A stretch of DNA of 49,885 nt. Source: Candidatus Omnitrophota bacterium. GTDB lineage: Bacteria; Omnitrophota; Gorgyraeia; JABMRN01; RBG-13-46-9. Positions 18,101 through 27,286 of the stretch are shown here, one piece after another. Numbering within the stretch: the stretch's first letter is position 1; each line of letters begins with the position of its first letter. The notes under the pieces were generated by a model that saw only the letters and a list, made by a program, of their open reading frames with translations, had not been told where the DNA came from and searched no databases. Position numbers and translations under genes: made by a program. The stretch covers positions 1 to 49,885 of the forward strand of contig JABMQJ010000005.1 of the NCBI GenBank assembly GCA_013203315.1, read 5' to 3'.

Positions 18101-20488
18101 ATCCCAGGAAACATTTTCCATTGTGTATACAGGATCTCCCGGAGCGGTGCCCTTTTCGTAAACATAAAGCTTCAGGGCCCCCTCTTCAACATCCGTTTGG
18201 ATAATATAGGTTGTGTCGGCGTCAAAAGTAATATTAACCGGCGTCGTATTGTACGTGCGTTCCTGCGTATCGTAATCGTAACGGTACGTTCTAAGATGGG
18301 CGCTATCGTTGTAATAATTAAAATATATGGCATCGTAAGTTTCTGTCGTATCACCCTCGATAGTGTGATACAGCGTTTTGTTCTGAGCCGTTCCGTCGAA
18401 AGTAACTTCTGTCAAATAGCTTGGGTGGCCCCCCGGTGGATTACTAGCGTTTGTATATATGCGCTTGTAGTCGGTATAGGAACCACTTGAAGACGGATCA
18501 AGCACAATATTTGCATCGGTGCCGCTTATGCTGAATTTCGGATCCCACTCATAATTGTCCAGGGTATAAAGAGGCGTGCCCGGCCTGGGTCCGGAGGATT
18601 CATATACGTATACCTCAACTGCTGTGCCGGTCCATACGTATTCGAGGGTATAATCAACATCGTCATTTATTGTTATGCCTAATGTTTCTCTTTCGGAGAC
18701 ATTGTCCGGGGTCTGGTAGTTGTAATAATAGTAACTTAAGTCGGCTTTCTGATTAGAAAAATTAATCGATAGGCCTATCCGCTTATCTCCGGATGCGTAA
18801 TAAGATGCATTAGCATAAATGGAAGGATATGATTTGGCGCCATCTAAATTGAATGTTGCCTTAAGTGAAGGATTTTGAGTGTTGTTTAAAGGATTTTCCG
18901 AATAAAAATATTGGTAAGAGCTATTATCCTCATATGTAAATTTCTTGTAGACGACCAGATCCTGTGATTCTGTCATTCCATAAGTATAAAAAACGGAGTT
19001 ACCTTCAGAGTCGACTACTTTTTTCAGGTTGCCGGCAAACGGCCCGCTTTCGTAATATTCAAAGATTGTGCCATCCGGAGGAATTATCTCGGTAATATTC
19101 CCATTGGCATCATATACCTCGACTGTTCCGTCCTGTAATGTTAAATTCGCACCGAGATAAGTATCGCCGACATCGTAGGAGTGCTCGAGAATACCCGCAT
19201 CATCTATGAACCTTTCCAGCCTCCCAAGCGCGTTAAACTCGTATGTTCGATTTTCGTTATCCGTCTCTTCTATTGTTATCGCGCCTGTTTGCGGATTCGC
19301 CGTATACGTGTAATGCGTTATATCCCCATGGTCGTCTATCGTGACGTTGCATGATAAAACATCATCGCTTCCGTCAAGAATATACTGATACGTGGTAATT
19401 ATACCGTTTACATCTTCTATTTCGGCGAGCTTTCCGCTTTCCACCAGGAGAATAGTCCCATCTGCATATTCTATCGTCGCATCTAGAATATTGCCGCTTC
19501 CGTCAAGTTGGAAATTGCTTATCAGGGTGCCGTCGGTAAGCTCGATTATCGTAATATCATTATTCGCGATATGATACGTGATCCCGGAGGCATCTACTAT
19601 CTCTTTTAGCGTTACGACATGCTGTATCTGACCACCTACAGTGACTTGGGTTTCTTCGTAAACATAAACCTTTCCGTCCACATCTGTGATTTGCGAAAGA
19701 ATGCCGTTATCATACGTGATTGTCTTGCCCGTTATGTATTCAACGCTGGTAAGTTTGTTTTCGCTGTTGTAATGAGTGGTCTTCTCGACGTCTGTTAGAA
19801 TTGTCTCGACAATGCTTCCACCTATCTTTACGTAGGAATACGTTACAAGGCTTTCATCCGGATATACGACTGACGCAATAAGGCCGTCCGCATTGTAGTT
19901 AATGACGGTTCCGTCGGGATTGGTTATACTGGAAATTTTATAATTGGTTATCGTTTGAATTGTTCCGTCGAGATATACTATCTCACCGCTTACCAAGTTG
20001 TTGCTTGCATCCAGGATCAGATTTTGAAAGATTCTCCCGTCCGCTTTTTCAATAGAAGTTACTTGGCCGTCTTGAAAGCGTACAACATCTCCGGTTTCTA
20101 CGGTAACGTAAATAGGCGCGCTGATAGTAGCGGCCATCGTATACATCGGGGCCTCTAAGAGAAGGCCCTCGTAAGCGGCCGGTTCTTCCGTAGGTTCTTC
20201 AGCGACTCCTGACGGCCCCTGCAGCTCGATGTCCTCCTGGCTTTCTTCGGCATCTGCTGAATCTTGTGTTGAATTTTGGGTGACAGCCTGCATAACCAGA
20301 GCGCTTTCTACATCCTGATCGTGGCTTACCAGGCTTTCATGGGCATTCTGCTGATTATTTACATAATCAGGGGCGAATTGGTTTGAGTGCTGTTCGTTAA
20401 AAGCGTCTATCGGAGAATAGAGTTCCCCTGCCCAAGCTATCTGACTTAGCAACAAAATACCGGCTAGTAATACTCTATATATTTTCAT
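15158..20488 (-). CDS. Giant secreted protein (1776 aa): YD/RHS-like repeats, a duplicated Tyr-rich beta module, C-terminal clan-A (GH5-like) glycoside hydrolase
   Basis: Signal peptide (IAWA-G), many PDGT..xYxY / YDxxGxL repeats, C-terminal GVNLAWMNYGYD...WDIINEPE...QFHYY...VLAGEL. Confidence 0.85.
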   Translation of the reverse strand: MKIYRVLLAGILLLSQIAWAGELYSPIDAFNEQHSNQFAPDYVNNQQNAHESLVSHDQDVESALVMQAVTQNSTQDSADAEESQEDIELQGPSGVAEEPTEEPAAYEGLLLEAPMYTMAATISAPIYVTVETGDVVRFQDGQVTSIEKADGRIFQNLILDASNNLVSGEIVYLDGTIQTITNYKISSITNPDGTVINYNADGLIASVVYPDESLVTYSYVKIGGSIVETILTDVEKTTHYNSENKLTSVEYITGKTITYDNGILSQITDVDGKVYVYEETQVTVGGQIQHVVTLKEIVDASGITYHIANNDITIIELTDGTLISNFQLDGSGNILDATIEYADGTILLVESGKLAEIEDVNGIITTYQYILDGSDDVLSCNVTIDDHGDITHYTYTANPQTGAITIEETDNENRTYEFNALGRLERFIDDAGILEHSYDVGDTYLGANLTLQDGTVEVYDANGNITEIIPPDGTIFEYYESGPFAGNLKKVVDSEGNSVFYTYGMTESQDLVVYKKFTYEDNSSYQYFYSENPLNNTQNPSLKATFNLDGAKSYPSIYANASYYASGDKRIGLSINFSNQKADLSYYYYNYQTPDNVSERETLGITINDDVDYTLEYVWTGTAVEVYVYESSGPRPGTPLYTLDNYEWDPKFSISGTDANIVLDPSSSGSYTDYKRIYTNASNPPGGHPSYLTEVTFDGTAQNKTLYHTIEGDTTETYDAIYFNYYNDSAHLRTYRYDYDTQERTYNTTPVNITFDADTTYIIQTDVEEGALKLYVYEKGTAPGDPVYTMENVSWDPSFSSTIYGGEIAQEAYADAEVYEYDDATGNMLVCRRATENETVTYLYDGNGDLIFKELILADGTVKKYNTDNRLVREEKPNGEVTEYAYDADGNLISVTPAFPPGSVLIYYNSGDFTGNLEKVILPDGSSIYFEYRITDEQNLAVSKRFSYNYLNFYQSYGGTSRVDRANNPYLKASLNLDSSKAYPSVYAHAYYYEPGDRYVYLTFNLRGQTPKMTYYSYDYTTGAREIETQALDITINKDTDYTIEYLWEGSNVNVYIYEASQPRPGTPAYTLSDAEWDPLFTISGQNAGLAVDPSSSGEYNESKRFYTDYNNPLQGAPVHTAEFTFDGNAASKSFYYQVQGQTDILYEYINLSYYNGTAYFYHRSYDYQTHESVYGQIPLNVNLNDNTTYIVKTKVEDGTLSIYLYENGQAPGDPIYTLENISWDPSIVSSINGGEITAEAYDNLETYEYATGTVETLSDKDVDENMRNKNTILGDMNKTLPGYVYTPRAPLIFPDGVTDIVNGIAPNFGFSITLPGNMFGANGEIVPGYDFDGQNKPYFNVVKYDDDSLIKEIVKPDGAILTYPDGLPTCFLTGVSSTVLTGSPGDIDAYETINNYVNSLAVDAGSINRVSDSYCVGENAVGRVATYKKFGTTFLVNSYTEADGTFTVFNYENGTFTGSVKTLSNGEIEIYDADNVLRQRRIPDTSFLKGVNLAWMNYGYDLGLVPGSTYHIGYSTDLEALYTKLDSRKGDFVRLFLFCDLRSSIRFDASGTPLGFTGQVYEDMQALLDAAEAFNIKVMPTLFDYGIADGVSFEGEYEVGEHPGLFTDPAKKQALLDLFDGFFDQFAGHDSIYAWDIINEPEYATAVSMPSRQDFVRDFVDLIHSKAPDAVTTVGSRNRDDLVTYWTDCGLDLYQFHYYNNHEGFTPLNYPAANLGLDKPVLAGELEPTSFTYKLNTLKNNGYAGGFFWEDDWFVIDDEEYAEIKDWFSGTIIDY

Positions 20489-20601
20489 ATATATATAATA
20501 GCATATATAGATTATATTTGGTCATAATAATGTAAAGCAATAGTAATAGAATTGTCACAAGTGGGGGTAATGGAAAAGGTGCTGTGATGCCCGGGATCGT
20601 G

Positions 20602-21951
20602 CTATTTTGCGCAGATGGTAAGGACGAATATGTCGTCTGTGAATTTCCCGCCTGAAAATGAATTGAGTTCGGCCACAAGCTGCTGGTTGAAAAGTTCAAG
20701 CGACATGCCATGGTTTTTTCTTATAAAGTTTTCGAGTTTTCTCTCTCCGTATTGTTCGCCTGCAGTATTTTTCGTCTCGGTAACGCCGTCTGTAAACAGA
20801 ATTATATGGTCCCCTTTCCTGAAAGGCATCTCGTTTTGATAAATATTTTCATCATCCGTGGGCAACCCCAGAAAGCTTGACTGAGCGAAAATTTTCTCGA
20901 TCGCGGAATCCGCTGTTTTCCAGATATATTGCGGCAGGTGCCCGTAACTCGAATAGATAAACTTCCTGGACCGGTAATCCAGAAGGCCGCAAAACGCGCT
21001 CAAGTACATGTTTACCCCGGCAAAATCCTCCCTGATGAATTGATCCATTTCTTTTAACAAAATACCGGGAGGTTTTCCTTCTTTCGCCAGACGTTCGAAT
21101 TCGGCGTTTAAGGCATTCACCAATAGTGCCGCAGAAACACCGTGCCCGGTAACATCGCAGATAATAAAAATGAGTTTGTTCCTATCGACAACGTAAAATT
21201 TTGCGTAATCCCCTCCCATGTAAGACACGGGCAGGTACGTTACGGCTATCTCTCCCAGGCGCGTATCTGTCGAGTGAGGTATGAGCCTGGAATGGACGCG
21301 AGTTGCCAGCTCCAGTTCTTTCTGCACCTGGTTATTCGTATTTTCGATTTCCTTAAGAAGGATAAAGTTTTCAGCTTCCCGATTGCGTTCATTTTTGATG
21401 ACAATATAGCATACCCACGTAGATAAAAACATTGTAATAAGGCCCTGGATATAATCAGGAAGCTCTGTTGTGAACGTTTTATCCTTAAAAATATATGTGT
21501 GCGTGTTCAGTATGTAAAACCCATATACCCCGATATGTAGAAGCGCAACCCATACTATCTCAAGGGGTTTCCACGGGAAAATAAGTGAAAATGCAAAAAA
21601 TATAAAAATATATGATATCGCCGCGTTAAACGGGGCTTCGCTTGTAAGCATCTGGTATCTAGCTATAAAACTCAGAACAATTATCATAAATAGCGTTGCA
21701 ATTGTTTTTGCCTTTCGGAATGTCGAGACTTTCCGGGCTAACATGATTATCGCGGTAGATATAAATACGGTAAATACCCAATCGAGGATTAACTGGCGGG
21801 TGATTGCTTCATTCAAAGCCAGAGAGCCGATAAGGGTTCCGGCAAAAAAAGTTCCCATGAAAAGAATTGCGGCAATTTGGACGCGGTTTTTTAGAAGGGC
21901 TGTCTGCTGTTTAAAAAATTCATCTAAATATATTTTTGGTATTTTTTTCAT
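20602..21951 (-). CDS. Membrane-bound PP2C/SpoIIE-family protein phosphatase
   Basis: N-terminal TMs; MGGDY, ICDVTGHGVSAAL, LFTDGVTE, DDIFVL motifs. Confidence 0.9.
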   Translation of the reverse strand: MKKIPKIYLDEFFKQQTALLKNRVQIAAILFMGTFFAGTLIGSLALNEAITRQLILDWVFTVFISTAIIMLARKVSTFRKAKTIATLFMIIVLSFIARYQMLTSEAPFNAAISYIFIFFAFSLIFPWKPLEIVWVALLHIGVYGFYILNTHTYIFKDKTFTTELPDYIQGLITMFLSTWVCYIVIKNERNREAENFILLKEIENTNNQVQKELELATRVHSRLIPHSTDTRLGEIAVTYLPVSYMGGDYAKFYVVDRNKLIFIICDVTGHGVSAALLVNALNAEFERLAKEGKPPGILLKEMDQFIREDFAGVNMYLSAFCGLLDYRSRKFIYSSYGHLPQYIWKTADSAIEKIFAQSSFLGLPTDDENIYQNEMPFRKGDHIILFTDGVTETKNTAGEQYGERKLENFIRKNHGMSLELFNQQLVAELNSFSGGKFTDDIFVLTICAK

Positions 21952-22442
21952 GTAAAAATTTTAGAAATTGCGCGCGCGATTAAGCCCGCTATCGGAGGAA
22001 AAAAGAATACGCTCGCAAAGCGTATCAGCGCAAATTTCCATCCGAGTATACCTATTTCCAAGGGAAGCCGCCCGAGTCCCCACAGCGACCACGCCGTCAC
22101 AAAAGCTACGACAGTGCCTATCCCCGCTCCGGATCGCAGGAGCCCGGCTGCAAACGGCAGGCTAACGTAAGGCCCTCCCAGCGCAACCGCCCCGGATATC
22201 GTGCCTATGAATATACCTTTCAGGCCGGACTCGTTCCCTATCCATTTGGATAAAACTTCGTGCGGTAGAATTACTTTTGTCATGCCGGCTACGATGAAGG
22301 CACATATTAACAAAGGTAATACTTCCAGGATCATGTTCACCGTAGACCTTGCACCTTCAATATGCTGGCCCTTATTATACGCTATTACGGAAAGAACCAG
22401 AGCCAGGATACCCATCATTATCGTGGGAATAATCATATTCAT
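21948..22442 (-). CDS. Small permease (ArsP/DUF318-like half)
   Basis: KWIGNESGLKGIFIG..GGPYVSLP...GAGIG..VAFVTAWS; start moved to the ATG at 22442 behind an AGGGGAG SD. Confidence 0.75.
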   Translation of the reverse strand: MNMIIPTIMMGILALVLSVIAYNKGQHIEGARSTVNMILEVLPLLICAFIVAGMTKVILPHEVLSKWIGNESGLKGIFIGTISGAVALGGPYVSLPFAAGLLRSGAGIGTVVAFVTAWSLWGLGRLPLEIGILGWKFALIRFASVFFFPPIAGLIARAISKIFT

Positions 22443-22515
22443 ATTTCTCCCCTTCTTATCTGTGTCTTTCATTGTCTTCAATTATACCTTGAAAACAAAA
22501 CAGCCTCAAGAAAAT

Positions 22516-22552
22516 AAAAAAAGAAGGGGAGATTTAAGCCTCCCCTTCTTTT
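22516..22552. terminator. Rho-independent terminator
   Basis: AAGAAGGGGAG-loop-CTCCCCTTCTT hairpin flanked by A and T runs. Confidence 0.75.
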
Positions 22553-22611
22553 ATAGTCAAGCTATAAAATTTATTATCTGGTGCCCATCTTTCCTTTCAT
22601 TCCACCTTGCG

Positions 22612-23067
22612 TTATTTTTTTTTGCATTTTTTGTAGATATCCTTCAATTTCGCTTTCTGATCATCTGTCAGCGTGTCTTTTAGCGTTGCGTACGCCGCAA
22701 CCAGAGACTTCGTCTTTTCCTTTTTAATTTCGTATTTTTTGTCGATCAGTTTATTAACGGCATCCGTATCGATCGTGTCTCCGTACATTGCCATTTTGAT
22801 ATCGAGCGCCAGGATATCGATTTCGGCCTTTTTCCGAATCACATCCTTCTTGGTCTTAAGCTTCAAGTCTTTAATCTTTTTGACTTGATTGTCCGAAAGA
22901 CCTAATTCTTCCTTGTTCACAAGGATCATATGGGCCTTGCACGAGAATTTCTCTTTAAGACCCTTTTTACCGTGGCCACCCATGCCTTTTGCATAGGTTT
23001 CAATAGCCGCACCGCTGAAAACCAAAGTGAGGACTAAGAACGCAACAAGTACACGTTTTTTACTCAT
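22612..23067 (-). CDS. Periplasmic Spy/CpxP/metal-resistance-like helical protein
   Basis: Likely start MSKKRVL at 23067 (AAGGAG SD), signal peptide, ELGLSDNQ and LTDDQK (LTxxQ) motifs. Confidence 0.7.
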   Translation of the reverse strand: MSKKRVLVAFLVLTLVFSGAAIETYAKGMGGHGKKGLKEKFSCKAHMILVNKEELGLSDNQVKKIKDLKLKTKKDVIRKKAEIDILALDIKMAMYGDTIDTDAVNKLIDKKYEIKKEKTKSLVAAYATLKDTLTDDQKAKLKDIYKKCKKK

Positions 23068-23226
23068 AATCCACTCTCCTTTCGTTAATCTTACCTTAAT
23101 ACGGGAGGTATAGCATATAAGTGGTGTTAAGTCAATAAAGACCCGGCTTACTTTTTTGTTTCTAACAGGCCTATGCTTTCTTCTTACGTAATACCCCAAA
23201 GATAATGTGTATTCCGAGAATAATAA

Positions 23227-24042
23227 TCAGGATTTGTGTCCCTCTACATACATACTGGCTATATAATCATCTATAGACTCGCCTTCCCCTAAACCATCTA
23301 AAGCGGCCTTGCTTATCGGATCTTTCGTATCAGGACCAACGCAATTGGACGTGCCTTTTACGGTAATCTTTACATCCTTTAATCCCGACCCTACGACAAT
23401 CTTTTTGTATTCGTCAATAAGTACTGCCCCTCCGACACAGCCTATGTACGCGGCAACATTCTCGCGAACCTTCGCGGGTAGCTCTTTCTTAAGCGCTATA
23501 TCGGATATCGCTATTCTGCCACCGGGCACAAGGACTCTCTGGATTTCCTGAAAAACCTGCTGTTTATCGATTGAGAGATTAATGACACAATTACTTATGA
23601 CAACATCGACCGAGTTATTATCTACCGGTAATTTTTCAATATCACCTAACCTAAAATCAACGTTATCAATGCCGTTTTTCTTCGCGTTAGCTTTTGCCTT
23701 CTTGATCATGTCGGGAGTCATGTCTATGCCTATAATACTGCCTTCCTTGCCGACTTTCGCTGCCGCTAAAAAGCAGTCAAATCCGGCGCCTGAGCCAAGG
23801 TCAAGTACAACCTCGCCCTTTTTCAAGCTGGCAAGGGCTGTTGGGTTTCCGCAACTCAAACCCAGATTGGCGTCTTTAGGTATATTATTTAACTCTTCCT
23901 CTGTATATCCGATTGACTTTGCAAATTTCCCCGTATCCGTTCCGCAGGCGCCGGCAGGGCCACACCCGCATTTTCCGTTATTACGGGCAATTTTTCCATA
24001 GGCTTCTTTTACGTTTTCCTTCATTTTCTTTTTATTCTTCAT
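23227..24042 (-). CDS. arsM: Arsenite methyltransferase
   Basis: LGLSCGNP, DLGSGAGFD, IGIDMT, ISNCVINL, YIGCVGGA, N-terminal Cys cluster. Confidence 0.88.
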   Translation of the reverse strand: MKNKKKMKENVKEAYGKIARNNGKCGCGPAGACGTDTGKFAKSIGYTEEELNNIPKDANLGLSCGNPTALASLKKGEVVLDLGSGAGFDCFLAAAKVGKEGSIIGIDMTPDMIKKAKANAKKNGIDNVDFRLGDIEKLPVDNNSVDVVISNCVINLSIDKQQVFQEIQRVLVPGGRIAISDIALKKELPAKVRENVAAYIGCVGGAVLIDEYKKIVVGSGLKDVKITVKGTSNCVGPDTKDPISKAALDGLGEGESIDDYIASMYVEGHKS

Positions 24043-24105
24043 GTCATTGCCTCCTAAAACGCTTACTCTCTCTTATCTTTATTTTCTAGATGGTTTTACC
24101 GTTTC

Positions 24106-25056
24106 TTAATCGGCTTCGGTATCTGCAAGGCTTTCGTAGAATTCGCGGTAATTTTCTTTTTTAGCGGATTTGCGAAGCGCCATCGCCGCCCTGGGATGCT
24201 CATTCATCATGCCGGATATGGCATAGGGAATAATATAACCCCATTCGATTTTTTTCTTAAGCGGTACTAATTCGCTTGATATCAAGTCCAGAATCGGGCG
24301 CATGTCAAATTTCGGATTTTTTAAAAACCCTATTAAAAGTTCCAGCGGACAGTTGCCTGCCGCGCGGCCTATTCCAAAAACCGTACCGTCAAGATAATTT
24401 GCGTCGTGAATAATCGCTTCGATAGTATTGCCAAACCCAAGTTGCTGATGATTGTGGCCGTGAAAACCTACCTCTTTTGTTTTTAAAATACCCCTGGCCA
24501 GTTTTATCAAGCGCTCTACGGGTTCCTGATACAGCGATCCGAAACTGTCAACGATATAAAGAACGTTAATTTTACATTCTTCCTCAATCTGGTGGAGCGC
24601 TTCGTCTAATTCACTGCCCTGGTCTCTTGATATCGCCATGATATTAATGGTTGTTTCGTAGCCCTTGTCGGCAAAATGGTTTGCCATGAATATAGACTTA
24701 TCAATGTCTTTAACGTAGGCGGCAGTCCGTATCATGTCTACCGGGCTCTCGGAAGCCGGCTTTACGTCTTCAAGCCTTACCCGGCCCACGTCAACCATGA
24801 TAGAGATCTTCATTTTTGACTCTATCCCGTCAATTATCTTTTTTATCTCTTCATCTTCGCAGAACTTCCAAAGGCCGTACTCCTTCGATGAAAAAAGTTC
24901 CTTGGAATTCTTATATCCCATTTCCATGTAGTCGACACCTGCCTCGGAAAGCGCTTTATATACCTCGCGGACAAACCGCCGGTCAAAGTCATGATTATTT
25001 ATAAGGCCTCCGTCACGAATAGTGCAATCGAGTACCTTAATCTTTTCCCTGAACAT
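24106..25056 (-). CDS. DRE-TIM (HMGL-like) aldolase catalytic domain protein
   Basis: LDCTIRDGG, VDSFG, GFHGHNH, GIGRAAGNCPLE. Confidence 0.82.
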   Translation of the reverse strand: MFREKIKVLDCTIRDGGLINNHDFDRRFVREVYKALSEAGVDYMEMGYKNSKELFSSKEYGLWKFCEDEEIKKIIDGIESKMKISIMVDVGRVRLEDVKPASESPVDMIRTAAYVKDIDKSIFMANHFADKGYETTINIMAISRDQGSELDEALHQIEEECKINVLYIVDSFGSLYQEPVERLIKLARGILKTKEVGFHGHNHQQLGFGNTIEAIIHDANYLDGTVFGIGRAAGNCPLELLIGFLKNPKFDMRPILDLISSELVPLKKKIEWGYIIPYAISGMMNEHPRAAMALRKSAKKENYREFYESLADTEAD

Positions 25057-25078
25057 GATGCCTCCTTAATCTTCCTTT

Positions 25079-25528
25079 TTAATTATTAGATAGCTTCTCG
25101 ATGATCTCGGAAAGTATTTCGTTAATCGCCGTAAAGAATCGCATGAGAGCCGTTCTCAGAGCGTCTGATATTGTATATTTCTTTTCGATGTCTGCGTTAT
25201 CCAAAATAGCCAGCTTTACCGTGACGTGAGTGCGGCCTTGCCAGGGCCTGAACATCGCGACTATCGTGACGGTGTCGAATTTTTTTGCAAATAATTGCTG
25301 ATGTTGTTGAATTCCGCCGAATTTTCTTGTCAAGCGCTTATCGTACCCGCTGGGTTTTCGCCACATAGGTTTTACCGCAAATCCTAAAATATCGGTAAAT
25401 ACGTCGTTCAAGTTTTTACTTTTATCGTCTGAAAAAACTAATTCGCAGGAGCTATCAGTAACGTGTCTTTTTTCGAGGATGCGTAATTTGTCGCATTTTT
25501 CGATAATTTCTTTTAATGTAGGAGTCAT
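25079..25528 (-). CDS. Hypothetical protein
   Basis: 149-aa ORF in operon context, codirectional with its neighbours. Confidence 0.65.
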   Translation of the reverse strand: MTPTLKEIIEKCDKLRILEKRHVTDSSCELVFSDDKSKNLNDVFTDILGFAVKPMWRKPSGYDKRLTRKFGGIQQHQQLFAKKFDTVTIVAMFRPWQGRTHVTVKLAILDNADIEKKYTISDALRTALMRFFTAINEILSEIIEKLSNN

Positions 25529-25543
25529 TTTGGCGGCCTTTCG

Positions 25544-26536
25544 TTAAACGACTTCCATAGTCGACGGCGGCTTGGAACCTATATGATAGGTAACGCTAAC
25601 CACCCCGGGCACTTGATTAACCATTCTATCTGCAACCTTGCATAAAATATTGAAAGGCACATTAGTAGGCTTAGCAACCCTTGCGTCAATGCTGTCCCAG
25701 CATCTTACTTCTATTTGTAGTCCGAAATCACGTTTTCCGTTACGCATGCCTGTTACCCTGTCCTGATGCAAAATTGCCATATACTGAAAGGCGCCCGTGC
25801 TAGCGAGTTCTTCCTCAACAACAGTGGTAGCTTTTCTTACCGTATTTATTTTTTCTTCGGTTACTTCTCCGATTACTCTTGCCGCGAGAGCCGGTCCCGG
25901 AAAAGGTATGCGTTTATACGCTGATTCCGGCAATCCGGAAGCCTCGGCGACTTTTCGTACACCGTCTTTGCGTAACTGTATTAACGGTTCAATGATCTTA
26001 TAACCGAGAGTTGCCTGGGGATCAATACCTAATTGCTCAAAAACATTATGCTGTCTTTTAATCCCCGCAACCGTCTCGTCCACATCCGTTAAAATAGTGC
26101 CCTGAAGAAGGTGCTTTGCGCCGCTTTCTTTTACAAGTTTACCGAAGACATCTTTATAAAAAGTCTGTGTAATCGCTTCTCTTTTTTCTTCGGGGTCAGT
26201 TATATTTTTTAACGCATTAAAGAATTTCTTCTTGGCATCCAGGATTTCTACATGGACTCCCAGTTTTTTAAATAATGTTACTATCTGCTGGGGTTCACCC
26301 TCTCTCATTAACCCATTATCAATAAAATATGTTTTAAGCCTGTCACCTAACGCCTTATGTCCTAGCATTGTAACCGCGCAGGAATCAACACCCCCGGAGA
26401 GCGCGTTTATCGCAAGACCGTCGCCTACCAGCGCGGATATCTCCCCTGCCTTTTCATTTATAAATTCCTGGGTATTAAGTTGACTTGCTTTTATTTCTTT
26501 GATTTTTACCATTTTTTTCTCCTTTGATTTTTTCAT
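25544..26536 (-). CDS. GMP synthase ATP-pyrophosphatase (subunit B-like) without a glutaminase domain
   Basis: PP-loop ALSGGVDS, DNGLMREGE, DPEEKR, LLQGT, IKRQHNV, PFPGPALAARVIG, KPPSTME. Confidence 0.85.
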   Translation of the reverse strand: MKKSKEKKMVKIKEIKASQLNTQEFINEKAGEISALVGDGLAINALSGGVDSCAVTMLGHKALGDRLKTYFIDNGLMREGEPQQIVTLFKKLGVHVEILDAKKKFFNALKNITDPEEKREAITQTFYKDVFGKLVKESGAKHLLQGTILTDVDETVAGIKRQHNVFEQLGIDPQATLGYKIIEPLIQLRKDGVRKVAEASGLPESAYKRIPFPGPALAARVIGEVTEEKINTVRKATTVVEEELASTGAFQYMAILHQDRVTGMRNGKRDFGLQIEVRCWDSIDARVAKPTNVPFNILCKVADRMVNQVPGVVSVTYHIGSKPPSTMEVV

Positions 26537-27186
26537 TCCATTTCCGCTTCGAGCTTTGAAAGAAGTTTATTGGTATCGTTTAAAACTTGCATAGGTAACA
26601 TCTTCGAGGCCCTCACTTCGTCCCTGATTGATTTTAACGTACTTATAAAACGCTTGAGGACTGCCTGTCTTCTTTTCTGACGCGCGGCGTCCGGGTCAAG
26701 TTCTTCGCGCTGCCTGATAAGTTGAGTTAGATTCTTTCTTACGTCCTGGGCGCCTCTGCCTTCTTCAAACACTTTTTTCCTGATACCGGCATAGTCGTCT
26801 GCGTCGATTATTTTCTTTTTCTTCGCCATGCGCAACGCGTCAACGGCTTCAAAGCTGGGAACGGAGGCGGCATCTTTTTTTTCGCGATATTCGTTATTGA
26901 GATAACCCGGTTCTTCTTTTTCAAGAAAGTAGTAAGATCGGAGTAGTTTTAGCGCGGTTTGCTTTCGTATGCCGATCTCTTTTATGGTGTACAAATCAAA
27001 TTCGCTGTATCCCCAATTCTTGTACAACTTGTCCTTCCAGACCGTGTAAAGGGCCTGGCCGAGGCCTATCCACGATTCTTTAAAAGACTTGGCATTTTGC
27101 AAAACCAGGTACCGCACAGAATCCGGATCCATGCCCTCCATCTTGGTTTCTAGGTTATCAATGGCTTTTGTCTTTATTTCACTCAT
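26533..27186 (-). CDS. Conserved hypothetical helical protein, possibly DNA-binding
   Basis: 217-aa ORF overlapping the next start; WIGLGQAL..V...LYKNWGY.EF..Y...EIGI pattern resembles DUF3102-like helical domains. Confidence 0.7.
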   Translation of the reverse strand: MSEIKTKAIDNLETKMEGMDPDSVRYLVLQNAKSFKESWIGLGQALYTVWKDKLYKNWGYSEFDLYTIKEIGIRKQTALKLLRSYYFLEKEEPGYLNNEYREKKDAASVPSFEAVDALRMAKKKKIIDADDYAGIRKKVFEEGRGAQDVRKNLTQLIRQREELDPDAARQKRRQAVLKRFISTLKSIRDEVRASKMLPMQVLNDTNKLLSKLEAEME

Positions 27187-27203
27187 ATAAAACCCTTTCG
27201 GTT

Positions 27204-27237
27204 AAATAAGGGAGGTTTAAAAACACCTCCCTTATTT
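27204..27237. terminator. Hairpin, possible terminator
   Basis: AAATAAGGGAGGT / ACCTCCCTTATTT perfect 13-bp stem between genes. Confidence 0.5.
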
Positions 27238-27286
27238 GCTATTATACACAAAAATGCGGCGGCCTCAAGGTTTATCTTAATAGATT

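Noticed and set aside
15158-20488. Classical RHS polymorphic toxin
   Set aside because: No RHS core DPxG motif, no toxin tip or downstream immunity gene; it has a Sec signal and a glycosidase domain.
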